DNA from: an uncultured Actinomycetes bacterium
GTDB lineage: Bacteria > Actinomycetota > Thermoleophilia > Gaiellales > Gaiellaceae
Direction of reading: 5' to 3'
Assembly: GCA_963696975.1 (NCBI GenBank)
Contig: CAVOMI010000007.1
Coordinates: 5,362-69,361, forward strand
DNA: 64,000 nt
Made by a program: the position numbers and the translations under genes. The notes under the pieces were generated by a model. That model made no database searches. It had not been told where the DNA came from and was given only the letters and a program-made list of their open reading frames with translations. This document shows positions 8,120 through 17,895 of the stretch, piece after piece. How positions within the stretch are numbered: position 1 is the stretch's first letter; the number at the start of each line of letters is the position of its first letter.

Positions 8120-8877
8120 CCAGGGCCGGCGCGCTCAGGGGCGAGAAGCTCGAGCATCTGCAGCGACGGGGTCAGGCCGAGGTGTTCCTCGAGGAGCCTT
8201 CGATACAGGCGGTATTGGCGAACGGCCTCGGCCTGGTTCCCCTCGGCCAGGTGCACCTTAACGAGGGCACGGTGCGCGCTCTCGCGCAGCGGCTCGCCCG
8301 CGACCGCGGCGAGCCCAGCGTCGAGAGCACGCGCGTACTCGCCCTGAGCGGTCAGCCGCTCGCAGACGCTCTCGAGCACGCGCAGCCGCAGCTGGTGGAA
8401 ACGCTCGCGCTCGATCACAAGCCAGTCGTCGTACCAGTCGGGCAGCAGGTCGAGGCGGAAGACCGAGTCGTCGAGGGCGTTGACCTCGGGCTGGTCGGTC
8501 TCGAGCAGCCGCTTTCCCTCGAGCAGCCGCTCGCGCAGGTCGACCCGGACCGTGGGCCCTAGCCTGAGCGTGGAATCCGCCGCCTCGACGACAGGGAGGC
8601 CGAGATGGTTCAGCCGCCACAGCGCCGTGCGAAGGTTGGCTCCGGCGGATTGCTCGCTCGTCTCGGGCCAGATGGCTCCCGCCACGTAGCTCCGCAGCAG
8701 CAACCGGTCATGGACGGTCACGAACGCGACAAGCCGCTGCACGCTCGGCGGCAACGCAACCGTCTCCTTGCCGTCGAGGAGCGCGAACGAGTTGAGGAGC
8801 TGGAGCCTGAGCGGTGCCCCGGACGGGCGCGCTCGGCGGTGCTGTTGCGCAACCCTGGTCGCTGCCGGACCGCTCAC
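8116..8877 (-). CDS. SARP-family transcriptional regulator (OmpR-type winged helix + BTAD)
   Basis: LRLQLLNSFALLDGKETVALPPSVQRLVAFVTVHDRLLLRSYVAGAIWPETSEQSAGANLRTALWRL is the winged-helix part. LPDWYDDWLVIERERFHQLRL...ALVKVHLAEGNQAEAVRQYRLYRRLLEEHLGLTPS is the BTAD part. The ORF runs to 9327, but its upstream part is Arg-rich junk. GTG at 8877 is the nearest start before the domain; the start is uncertain. Confidence 0.8.
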   Translation of the reverse strand: MSGPAATRVAQQHRRARPSGAPLRLQLLNSFALLDGKETVALPPSVQRLVAFVTVHDRLLLRSYVAGAIWPETSEQSAGANLRTALWRLNHLGLPVVEAADSTLRLGPTVRVDLRERLLEGKRLLETDQPEVNALDDSVFRLDLLPDWYDDWLVIERERFHQLRLRVLESVCERLTAQGEYARALDAGLAAVAGEPLRESAHRALVKVHLAEGNQAEAVRQYRLYRRLLEEHLGLTPSLQMLELLAPERAGPG

Positions 8878-9013
8878 CCCGCCGGCTCCGGCACCTGCGC
8901 GCAAGTCACCCTCTCGCCGCAGCAGTGGAGCATTCCCTGCATCGACTCCCCCTGCCTCGAACGACCCGACCGTAGCGCACCTTTCCGAGGAGGTCAACGG
9001 AAGCCACCGGATC

Positions 9014-9053
9014 GTGACGCTGCGGTGACGCCCGTTACTACGGCGCCGTGACG
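9014..9053 (+). promoter_or_regulatory. Three GTGACG direct repeats (spacing 11 and 23 nt) plus a -10-like TAAGTT upstream of the plus-strand DUF4157 gene
   Basis: GTGACG occurs at 9014..9019, 9025..9030 and 9048..9053. TAAGTT is at 9074..9079 and an ATG at 9087, about 7 nt after it, which would fit a leaderless transcript. Confidence 0.45.
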
Positions 9054-9086
9054 CCAGCTCATCGCGGCGCGGATAAGTTGGGTCGC

Positions 9087-10589
9087 ATGGGCGTGACCCT
9101 CGAGTCTGTGAGGTCGTCGTCGGCCGATGGGCCGCAACGCCCGGCAGGTATGAAGCGGCCGATCGAAATTGGACGCATCGATGATCCCGCCGAGCATGAA
9201 GCTGATCGCGTGGCTGCACAGGTCCTACGCATGCAGACAGTTGACGTTCGACACAACGCCGCCGACGGGGCGAGTGGCGACGCTCCGCCGGCCGTCCACG
9301 ATGTCGTCGGAACAGTGGGCCGACCACTCGACCCCGTGAGCTGGACGTACTTCGAGTCGTGGCTTCGCACGGACCTGTCTGACGTTCGCATACACGACGA
9401 CACCCAGGCTGCGATGTCCGCGAATGCCGTGGGCGCCGACGCGTTCACCGTCGGCAACCACGTCGCCTTCGCACACGACCGCTCTGGTGACCGGTCGCTC
9501 CTTGCTCACGAGCTCGCCCATGTAGTGCAGCAGCGTCGCGGGAGGGACTCGATGCCGAGAGAACCGCATACCCTCGCGACGCTCCAGCGCGCGCCACAGG
9601 GCCACGGAATCCGGGCGCCGGCCGGACCGTCCGTCGACGACCGAGCCGCTGGCCTAGACGTGTCCTACGCTCTCGACTACATCGAGCAGTTCTACCAAGG
9701 GGTGCACCTTTCGATCGAGCAAGTGGACAAGGTGCGCGACCGGGCGCAGAAGAATTACGAGGATTTCGGGAAGCTCAAGGACCCCCCGTCCTTGAGCTAC
9801 GCGATCGTCAAAGCGCTTTTCTCGTCGGCGTTGGCACTAATTCCAGGCGGCAAGATCATTGCCGCGGGTCTCGAGTTCGGCATCTTCGCTTCCGAGCTCG
9901 GCAGGCTCAAGCTCGAGCTTGAAGAGGACCCGATTCCCGGCGTCACGATCGAGGACGAGCGGCGGAGAGGTCCGAGCGCCGAAACGATGGAAAAGGCGGC
10001 GAAGGGGGCTGAGCGTGTGAAGGTGGGCTGGGAGACTGGAGAAAAGGTTTACGAGGCCGTCAAGGAAACGCTCGAGAAGCGAGTCGAAGCAGCCAAGGCG
10101 GAGTCCGAAGCGCTCGAGTCCGCTCACCTCGGCCAGGAGCGGATCGCGGACTGGTCGAAGGCGACGGGACGGGCCCAGCGTGAACAGATCTCGGTCACCG
10201 AATGGATTAAGCGCGCCGGCGAGAAGAAGCGCTTGCGCGGTCGGATGCTCGCGGCGGTGGAGGAGCGGCTCGGGCCGATCCCCGTCGTCGACGAGAAGTG
10301 GGTCGAACCGTTCACGAAGCACTACGAGCTCGAGCTCTACCGCATGAAGTACAAGGCGGAGGGGAGTTACGTGCAAACGGTCATCGACTCGGTCATGGGC
10401 ACGGGCGGCCATTCGCCGCCGAGTGAGCCTGAGCTGAGGGTTCCCGGCGGCCTTTCGCAGGCCACGCGCCGGCGAATCGCATGGTGCGCAGGACTGAGCG
10501 CGAGCGACACCGATGACGAGATGATGGCGATGGTTCTCCACATCCCTCTGTACACAGTGCACCAAATGCCACAGTTGAGGCCTGGATAG
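9087..10589 (+). CDS. DUF4157 (eCIS-associated HExxH) domain protein with hydrophobic hairpin and coiled-coil-like C-terminal region; candidate CIS cargo
   Basis: Classic DUF4157 pattern: IGRIDDPAEHEADRVAAQV ... DLSDVRIHDDTQAAMSANAVGADAFTVGNHVAFAHD...LLAHELAHVVQQR. Then a hydrophobic stretch (YAIVKALFSSALALIPGGKIIAAGLEFGIFA), a K/E-rich helical region and an unplaced C-terminus. The ORF opens at GTG 9048, which is itself one of the hexamer repeats. ATG 9087 or ATG 9150 are more likely starts. Confidence 0.8.
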   Translation: MGVTLESVRSSSADGPQRPAGMKRPIEIGRIDDPAEHEADRVAAQVLRMQTVDVRHNAADGASGDAPPAVHDVVGTVGRPLDPVSWTYFESWLRTDLSDVRIHDDTQAAMSANAVGADAFTVGNHVAFAHDRSGDRSLLAHELAHVVQQRRGRDSMPREPHTLATLQRAPQGHGIRAPAGPSVDDRAAGLDVSYALDYIEQFYQGVHLSIEQVDKVRDRAQKNYEDFGKLKDPPSLSYAIVKALFSSALALIPGGKIIAAGLEFGIFASELGRLKLELEEDPIPGVTIEDERRRGPSAETMEKAAKGAERVKVGWETGEKVYEAVKETLEKRVEAAKAESEALESAHLGQERIADWSKATGRAQREQISVTEWIKRAGEKKRLRGRMLAAVEERLGPIPVVDEKWVEPFTKHYELELYRMKYKAEGSYVQTVIDSVMGTGGHSPPSEPELRVPGGLSQATRRRIAWCAGLSASDTDDEMMAMVLHIPLYTVHQMPQLRPG

Positions 10590-10689
10590 CAGCTTTCTCC
10601 TCTGGGCGGCCAGATTGGATTGACACTGCGGAGTGGGCGAACCTGCGCATGCAGCGGGTCGGAGGCCGTCGGTGTGATGGTTAACCCGC

Positions 10690-13312
10690 TCATGTCGGGT
10701 TCCTCTGCTGGGCGACGGCGGCGGCGGGGGCGTCGACCACGATCGACGCGCCGTCCGCGAACGTCTCGGCGACGAGCCACATCCGCGACTGCGGCACCGC
10801 GGGGAGCGCCACCACGCGCACGCCGACGTCGAAGGCGGCGAGACTCGACTCACGGATACATAGGTACGGGCCGAGTACTCCGTAGACCCGGATGCCTTCG
10901 ACGGACGTCGGTGTCGCGCCGGCCGGGACCGAGCCGAGGCGACGAAGCGTCGCGACGGTGTCGAGGATGTGCGTCGAGCGGCTGTTGCCGACGAACACGC
11001 CGTGCCGGTCCTGGGCGTACTCGGCAGGGACGAGTGAATGGACGATGTTGCCGGTCACCAGCACGGTGTCCATGCTCTGCTGCAGCTTCAGGGTGGCGTC
11101 GGACACGCCGAGGTGGATGCCCTGCACCGCGTTCTCGACGAGGTTCGAGTCGATGCGCACCGTCCCGACGTTCGTCCCTGCGACGACGATCCCCTGACCG
11201 ACCGCGCGCATCGTTGCGACCACTTCGCCGACCATTGCGCGCACGGCGTCGGAGGCCTGGGCGAGTTGCTTTGCCCTGGCCGACGGTGCGCGCGAATCGC
11301 AGGACAGCCTTCTCGGCGCCGCCCGCGCGTCTGATCTTCGCGGCGGTCGTCTTGTCGGCGAACTCGCGCGCAATGGTCTCCGCGTAGGATCCCTTCACGA
11401 CGTACAGGTGCTCCTCCGAGCCGCTCGCGGTGACGCGCGTCACGCCCGCACCGGCCTTGGCGCGTAGGCCCGCGCGCAGGCGCTTGGTTAGCTCCGTCCC
11501 GACCGTCGGGTTGCTGAAGCCGACCGGGCCTTTTCCAACCGCGCGCGAGAGCTGCACCGCGTTATCGGAGATCGTCTGCGTCCCCGTATCGACGACGAGG
11601 ATTCCGGTCTGCCATGCGCCCACCGCGAGCTGGTTGCGCTCGATCCGGATCGAGTCCGAAGCTCGGCCGCTCTCCGCGGAGCGGACCGTCAAGCAGGTCT
11701 GTGTTCTTGCGGCGAGGTCTGGGCAGCTGAGCGCACAGTCCTTGACGAGGACGCCGATGCAGGAGAGGAAGGTCAGCGCGCCGTCGAGATTCGGATCGCC
11801 CGTGCCGTCCGGGTTGGTGCCGCCCTGGACGGTGACGTCGCGCACCTCGACGTCGTCGCAGGTGTCGAAGACGACCGCCGCCTCGTTCTGTTGGGCGACG
11901 ATAATCGACGCCGGGCCTGCACCGTTGATCACGATTCGCTCCCGGCCGGTGACGCGGACGGGCGTGTCGAGCGCGTAGACGCCTGCGGCGAGGCAGAGTT
12001 CGCCGCCGCCCGGCGGCAGGGAGTCGATCGCCGCCTGGAGGTCGTCGCCGGGCTTCACCGACACGGTGCACGCGCCGACGGAGAAGTCGAGATCGACGAG
12101 CGAGATGAAGGTCGGTCGGCAGTCGGAGAGGACCGTGCGTGCGTCGAGGTCGACGAGCGCCAGCGGTGCGAAGGAATGACGGATGCCATCCGGACTTGCG
12201 GCGGAGTGTTCCTCGATGCCGGTGCCGGACTCCGAGCGGAGCCGCGCGCCCCACCAGTCGCCGACGGCGTAGTCGCCCGGACCGGCGGTGAAGGTGACGC
12301 CCATGTCCTGTCCGGCCCACAACGCGTTCGTCGGGGCGGCGGCGCCTACGGTCTCGCCGTTCCAGCGCCGTGCGCAGAGCCCGTCGAGGACGGTCGCCGG
12401 CGGTGTCGGCGGTGGAAGCGTCACTGCGGTGTGCAGCGTGAGGGTGTCGCCGCCGGCTCCCGCCGTCACGTCGTCCACGACATAGAGGGCGCCGTTGTCG
12501 ACGCGGTCCGCGCGTCGTACCAGGTAGGAGATCTCGACGAGGTCGCCTTGGCCGAAGTGCAGGTTCGACGGGGCGAGCTGGACGGTGTTGCCGGACGGCA
12601 TCTGGATGACCGGCACTGCGCACGAGCCGTCCTCGAACGACCAGGCGAAACGGGCAGTGGCCTCCGTACCGCCGTCGAAGACTTCGACGCGGAGGAGCCC
12701 GTCGGGAATCTGTGCCAGGGGGTCACCGGGTGGCGCGCAGGGGTCGGGTGTGCCGGTGCTGCCGCGCGCGACGTCGAGCGGGCCCGTCGAGCCGGAGACG
12801 GTCGCGAGCGCGGCCCAGGCCGCGGAGCAGGTCGCTGCGTCGGTCGGGGCGATGCGTACCCGGAAGCCGACCCGGGTGCGGCCGGTCGTGTCGATCGTCC
12901 CGAGCGCGGGGTCGACGAGTTCGGACGGATCCTCGGCGGGCTGGACGTGCTCTTCGAAGACGTCGAGGTAGACGAGGACGGTGCCGGTCGCCGGCAACGC
13001 GGCGATCGCGTCCTGGCCGGAGTAGGTGAAGGCGGCCGGTGCATAGGCCTCGAGGCCGTCGACCCAGAAACGGCCTGGCTGGAGATCGAGGTCGAGATCG
13101 CCTGTCGTCGTGACGGAGACATGGAAGGCGGTGCTTCCTGCGACGACTCCCGCCCAGCCGATCGCATCGCGTACGGCGTCCCGCGCGCGGCGGGCGGCCG
13201 CGTCGAGATTCAGGTTCCAGTCGTGGTCGAGCAGCACCCGCCCCTGCTGCATGCGCGCCCCCGTCCAGCGGTCACTCGGCCGAAGCGGAACCTTTGTGTA
13301 GTCGCCAGTCAT
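10690..13312 (-). pseudogene. DUF6519-type N-terminus + right-handed beta-helix protein in the CIS tail-fibre position, interrupted by an apparent +1 frameshift near 11262..11285
   Basis: The N-terminus MTGDYTKVPLRPSDRWTGARMQQGRVLLDHDWNLN matches the DUF6519 signature as I remember it. The central part has beta-helix-like repeats (IVINGAGPASIIVAQQNEAAVVFDTCDDVEVRDVTVQGG). After ...AEKAVLRFARTVGQG the 13312 frame turns into Arg-rich junk down to 10850. The frame of the 10690..11373 ORF becomes protein-like exactly there (AKQLAQASDAVRAMVGEVV...GTNVGTVRIDSNLVENAVQGIHLG...). This could be a sequencing indel rather than a true pseudogene. Confidence 0.7.
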
Positions 13313-15385
13313 CTATTCCTCCCAGGGAGCGAGCGTGAGCCCGGCACGGAGCCCGAGCGGGACGAACTCGTGGACACGCCGGCGCAGACGCTCGATGCGG
13401 GCGCCGCGACCAAGGTGGTTGTAGGCCCCGACCTCGCCGCCGTCGCTGGCAGCGGAGAGCAGCGGCTGGAGACGGTCGAGGTCAAGGGCGTAGTAGCCGG
13501 CGGCCTCGAAGCCTGTCGAGGCGAAGATCGGTGCGGGGTACGGCCCGCAGCGGTACTGCGGCGGCAAAGGTGGTGGCGTCGGGGCTTTCGGCCCGAGATA
13601 GCAATGCCGTACGCAGCCCTCCTGCTGCTGCACGGCGTCCACGCCATCGACGAAGAGACAGTCCGCGGCGTCAATCGACTCGGTATGTACCGCGCCGACA
13701 AACGTGACGCCCGAGCAGACGAGTGCCGGCGCGAACCTGACCTGGGCCGCGACCGCATCGCGCATGGTTCCGCCGGCGGGCTCGCCGCAGTTACGAAGGC
13801 GGCTGCCCAGCCCGTCGACGATCGAGTCCTGCAGGGTCAGCGGCTGGCTCGAGAGCTCGGCGCGAACGGCGCTGAGGATTGAGCGCCGGGCAGAGAAGGA
13901 GGTGCCCCAGGCATCGTGCGCGAGTTCGACGGTGCTGCCCGCGGTCGGGTCCATGGTCACGAACGCGAGCGACACGCCGTCGAAGCCCTTGCCGACGATC
14001 AGGTCTCCGGTCAGGTAGAAGCCTTCGAGCTCGAGACAGCAGGCGTCGAGGTCAAGGTCGAGATCGCCGACGATCGTCGGCGTCATCGTGCGCTCGGCGA
14101 TGATCCGCCAGCCCGGCAGCGTTGGTGCAAACGACTGCGGGGGCGGCGCGGCGAGGCGATCGGACGTGCGCAGGCGGATCTCGACGTCCGGCCGTCCGTA
14201 TTCCGACTCGGCGGGGTCGAGGCCGGCCGACTGGGCCTCCGCCTTCGAGATCCCGTCCGCTAGCGTCGTAGCGGTGACGGCGTCGGGGGTGGCGCTCGGA
14301 TCGACGACGACGACCACCCGCGCCGACGGGTCTCCATCGAGGTCGCTTGCGAGTGGGCCGAGGTCGCCCGTCAACGGGCGGTGCCAGGTTGCGCGGAGCG
14401 TGCCGGAGAGGCTGCTCCCGAGCTCGACTCGGCCGCGTGCGACGTCGACAACTGCCTGTGTCGCCGTCGGCGGGGCGGGTGCCGGCGCGCCCGGCGGAAG
14501 GCTGCCGAAGCGCAGGCTCGACCACGGGATGTCCGCTCCATCGAGCGTGAGCTCGAGGAGGACGGGCTGGAGCGGAGCCGGGATCTGTGCCAGCGGGTGT
14601 GCCGGATCGATCGTCCAGTTCGTGCCGTAGGTGATCTGTCCCGGCGCGGCAAGCGCCTCGAACACGCGGTAGGTCGCGCGGACGGGTGCGTCGAGCTCGT
14701 CGCGGGTGCGCGCGCGCAGCGCGCCGGACGCTTGGTCGGCGGCGCTCCTGCCGGTCTGCGGAGTGACGTACGGGGGCGCCTCGGCGCCGAGCGGGTGAAG
14801 GGAGTACCGCCGCGGCTCGGCTGTCCGCTCGGCCTCGGCGGCAACGAACGTCCCGACCTGCCACGGCCAGACGACGGCGGTCGCCGCCAGCGGGTTGTAC
14901 GGTCCCGAGGGAGTCACGCTGTGCCGGACGCGGTCGAACGGCGTCCCGATGCGAAAGCGCGAGCCGTCCGCCAGTGACATCGATGCGATGCGCAGTGGCG
15001 GCGGATGGCCGAGGCGCTGCGCCCATAGCGTCGACTGCCATCCCTCCGCGACCCGGGCGGTCAGTCCGGTGAGGATCTCGGCGAAGTCCTCTAGCGCGGC
15101 CGGCGTGCCCTTGCGCCGGCGCAGGGCGACGGCGTACGCGACCTCGAGCCGGCCCGCATCTGGGGGCAGACCGACGAGTGCGCCGATGTACGGGACTGCC
15201 CAGTCGGCGCAGCTTTCGATGAAGAGGTCTTCCCAGACGGTGTCGACGTCCGACGCGAGCAGCTCGACCTGCTCGTCCACCCCGGCGAGGAGCAGGTCGA
15301 GCAACCGTGGGACACCGTCGACGTCCCACGGCGTGTCTCGCACAGCGCGCGGCAGCCAGTTGGCGACCGGAGGCATCACCGTCAT
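13313..15385 (-). CDS. CIS baseplate wedge protein, P2 gpI-like N-terminal domain (Afp12-position)
   Basis: 690 aa. The N-terminus (LPRAVRD...LLDLLLAGVDEQVELLASDVDTVWEDLFIESCADWAVPYIGALVGL) fits the gpI/tail_P2_I pattern. ATGA overlap with the upstream gene (15382..15385). Its stop TAG directly abuts the next ATG. Confidence 0.8.
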   Translation of the reverse strand: MTVMPPVANWLPRAVRDTPWDVDGVPRLLDLLLAGVDEQVELLASDVDTVWEDLFIESCADWAVPYIGALVGLPPDAGRLEVAYAVALRRRKGTPAALEDFAEILTGLTARVAEGWQSTLWAQRLGHPPPLRIASMSLADGSRFRIGTPFDRVRHSVTPSGPYNPLAATAVVWPWQVGTFVAAEAERTAEPRRYSLHPLGAEAPPYVTPQTGRSAADQASGALRARTRDELDAPVRATYRVFEALAAPGQITYGTNWTIDPAHPLAQIPAPLQPVLLELTLDGADIPWSSLRFGSLPPGAPAPAPPTATQAVVDVARGRVELGSSLSGTLRATWHRPLTGDLGPLASDLDGDPSARVVVVVDPSATPDAVTATTLADGISKAEAQSAGLDPAESEYGRPDVEIRLRTSDRLAAPPPQSFAPTLPGWRIIAERTMTPTIVGDLDLDLDACCLELEGFYLTGDLIVGKGFDGVSLAFVTMDPTAGSTVELAHDAWGTSFSARRSILSAVRAELSSQPLTLQDSIVDGLGSRLRNCGEPAGGTMRDAVAAQVRFAPALVCSGVTFVGAVHTESIDAADCLFVDGVDAVQQQEGCVRHCYLGPKAPTPPPLPPQYRCGPYPAPIFASTGFEAAGYYALDLDRLQPLLSAASDGGEVGAYNHLGRGARIERLRRRVHEFVPLGLRAGLTLAPWEE

Positions 15386-17895
15386 GCCGCGGTTCCCGTC
15401 ACGACGGGGGTCGTCGAAGGAATGAGCAGCTCGTACGCCGAGGCTGCGAGTCGGCCGAGTTCCGTGTCGGCTCCCGGCAGGTCGAGGCTCGTTACGCCGA
15501 CGACGCCGACGGCCTCGTGAATGACGGCGAAGACGTCGGAGCGGTCAAGGGGCTGACCGAGCATCCGCTGCCCGGGGCCTAGCGGTCCGTCGGGGTCGAT
15601 GAGCGCGGCCGTCACCCCAGCGACGACGGCAACGGCGTCGCGCCGCGGGTCGGTCGCCAGGACGATCGACAGGGTGGGCGTGGTCACGATCCCCGCGCAG
15701 ACGCAGAGCGGGATCGTCGCGTCACGGACGGAATCGAGATAGCCGGAGAGCTGGTCGATCTCGGCGGGAAGCGGAGGACGCGGCCCGCTCGTCCCGCTGC
15801 GGATCAGCGCAAGGTGGAGGCCGCTTCCGCCGCACGCGCATCCCGGTGGGCCCTGACCGTTCCACGACGATGCGTGCGTGACGCCGGGATAGGCGAGCGC
15901 CAAATCGACCAGATCCTCCGCCGAGACGGCGCGGCCGAACGCGCGCGCACGGGTCGGAGCGAGACGGCGGAGATCGCTTTCGGCGTCCTGGTCGGCGCCG
16001 CCCTCCGTCGGTCCGGCGCCCCTTACCTTCTTGACGCCACGGATGCTGCCCAGCAGGTTCGTGATCGCTCCGGAGTCGACCTCGCCCTCCCGCCCGCCGC
16101 CGACCCGGTATGTCGCGCTCACGTTGCCGCGGCCGGTCGAGAGTCGCGCGCCCTGCAAGCCGTCGCCGAAGATCAGGATCTCGGCGCCGTTCGGTTCGCG
16201 CTCGACGGCGAAGACGTCGGCAGGCCCGGTGTCGAACAGCGTCGGCACTTCGTCCCACCGCAGGCCGTCGACACGGAGCAGCATGCTCGGCACGGGCTTC
16301 CCGGCGACGTCTAGGTCGTAGGCGATCGGCGAGTCCGGCGTCGTGAACTCCTGCCCGGCCTGCGAGGCGTCGCCACTTCCCAGCACGACGCTCGCCGTCT
16401 TGCCGTGGTGGACGCGCAGCAGGTTCGCGCTCGCCGGAAGCAGTCCGGTGAGTTCTTCGGGCGCACCGTTCGGCAGGTCGACGATGAGGCCGCTCGGCTC
16501 ACCCTCGTCGTCGGTCTCCTGCAGAGCGGCTGCGCTGCAGTCGAAGACTTGCCAGTCGGCGTCGGGCTGCGGCGAGGACGCGACGGCGATGCGATCGGGC
16601 GCGTCCCTCGGCCGCGGATAAAGGCGGACCTGCGGCGGTGAAGTGCCCGGGTCGTGCTCCGGCAGGACATAGTGCTGCGCCACGACGCGGCGGTCGAGCA
16701 CGTACACCGTGATCGGCCCTGGCTGCTTGGGCGGTTGCTGGTTGAGCGTCGGGACCGGGCTTGCGAACGCGAGTGCCGAGACGCGCGTCGGCGTGCCGGG
16801 GACGATCTCCCAGTGCGTGAACCAGTGCTTGCTTACCTCGACGACGTCGCAATTGCCGTTGTTCCAGTCGACGACGGCGACGAGCTTGTTCATCGAGAGA
16901 TCTTCGAGCGGGCGGTCGAGCACGATCGTCGCGCCGTCGGGAATCGGGTTCGAAAGCCCGCCCGAAATCGGCACGGGTGAGGCCGAGGCGGACGTCACGC
17001 TCAGCACCTCGTTGACCTGCCGCGCGACCGACGCCGTGCCTAGAACGCGGTAGGCCGCGTAGGGAGCCGTCGTCGAGTCGCCGAGCAGCTTGTCGAGGTC
17101 GCGGTCGAACTCGACGACGCTCGTGCCGAGCTCGGCCGATGTTGCGGCGATCGTGGTGAGCGCGATGGGCTGCGCGCTTGCTGGCAGCGCGAAGTAGTCC
17201 CAGTAGAACGAGACCAGCTCGAACAGGTAGCCCCAGAAATCGATCCAGCCGGTACCCGTCGGCAACGGGGCCTCCTGCTCGAGCACGAAGAAGACGCGAT
17301 CGGCGACGCGGAAACCCGGGTCGCCGATGAAGCGGATGCTGCGGTCCGTGGGAATCGCAGGCTGCGGCACCCAGGTGGCCGTTAGTCCCGCCCACTCCGA
17401 GCGGAGCGCGGTGTCGGCGATCACCTCGAACGTCTCCGCCGAGCCGTCCGGCTTGGCCGGAGCCTGGACGCGCGTGCCCGCCGGGACGACGGGATTCGCG
17501 GTGCTCTCGATGTCGGCAACGACCCAGCCCTGCGCCGCGATCGGCGGCCGCGGCTTGAACCCGACGAGCGCGGCGACGCGCCGCAGGTCGGTCCAGTCCT
17601 GGGCCGTCGGGAGATACGCCTCGCCCGCCGTCAGTTCGCTGTAGGCGGCGATCGTCTCGGCGACGTAGGCCCAAAGCTCGACGAGACGCAGCGCCGCGGG
17701 ATCCGCCGCGATGTCCCACGTCGTGCCGAGTGTCGTCCCGTCCACCTCCTGCTGTTCGACGAAGTCGACGAGGTCCGCCACGAAGGCGTGGAACTCGCCG
17801 ACCCGGCGGCGCAGGTGCGTCTCGCCGGGAGGGGGAGGAGCGAGAGCGAGGACCGGCGCCCCGCAGCCACACGAGCAGACCGGGCTGCAGCTCAT
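15382..17895 (-). CDS. CIS baseplate protein, gpJ/gp6 (Baseplate_J) family, Cys-rich N-terminus
   Basis: True start ATG 17895 (MSCSPVCSCGCGAP...) forms an ATGA overlap with the upstream stop; the ORF-track extension to 18396 is Arg-rich junk. The C-terminal half has the Baseplate_J pattern (GGADQDAESDLRRLAPTRARAFGRAVSAEDLVDLALAYPGVTHA). Confidence 0.85.
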   Translation of the reverse strand: MSCSPVCSCGCGAPVLALAPPPPGETHLRRRVGEFHAFVADLVDFVEQQEVDGTTLGTTWDIAADPAALRLVELWAYVAETIAAYSELTAGEAYLPTAQDWTDLRRVAALVGFKPRPPIAAQGWVVADIESTANPVVPAGTRVQAPAKPDGSAETFEVIADTALRSEWAGLTATWVPQPAIPTDRSIRFIGDPGFRVADRVFFVLEQEAPLPTGTGWIDFWGYLFELVSFYWDYFALPASAQPIALTTIAATSAELGTSVVEFDRDLDKLLGDSTTAPYAAYRVLGTASVARQVNEVLSVTSASASPVPISGGLSNPIPDGATIVLDRPLEDLSMNKLVAVVDWNNGNCDVVEVSKHWFTHWEIVPGTPTRVSALAFASPVPTLNQQPPKQPGPITVYVLDRRVVAQHYVLPEHDPGTSPPQVRLYPRPRDAPDRIAVASSPQPDADWQVFDCSAAALQETDDEGEPSGLIVDLPNGAPEELTGLLPASANLLRVHHGKTASVVLGSGDASQAGQEFTTPDSPIAYDLDVAGKPVPSMLLRVDGLRWDEVPTLFDTGPADVFAVEREPNGAEILIFGDGLQGARLSTGRGNVSATYRVGGGREGEVDSGAITNLLGSIRGVKKVRGAGPTEGGADQDAESDLRRLAPTRARAFGRAVSAEDLVDLALAYPGVTHASSWNGQGPPGCACGGSGLHLALIRSGTSGPRPPLPAEIDQLSGYLDSVRDATIPLCVCAGIVTTPTLSIVLATDPRRDAVAVVAGVTAALIDPDGPLGPGQRMLGQPLDRSDVFAVIHEAVGVVGVTSLDLPGADTELGRLAASAYELLIPSTTPVVTGTAA

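Noticed and set aside
11262-11285. Programmed ribosomal frameshifting in the fibre-position gene.
   Set aside because: The required shift is +1, and the site (ggccagggcaaagcaa) has no X-XXY-YYZ heptamer and no obvious downstream stimulatory structure. An indel, real or artefactual, is the simpler explanation.
11429-11442. Inverted GTGACG/CGTCAC pair (GTGACGCGCGTCAC) and other isolated GTGACG hexamers inside coding regions, for example 13704 and 17911.
   Set aside because: These are single or palindromic occurrences inside ORFs at about the expected background rate. They are not phased direct repeats and not promoter-proximal, so I do not count them as part of the putative regulon.
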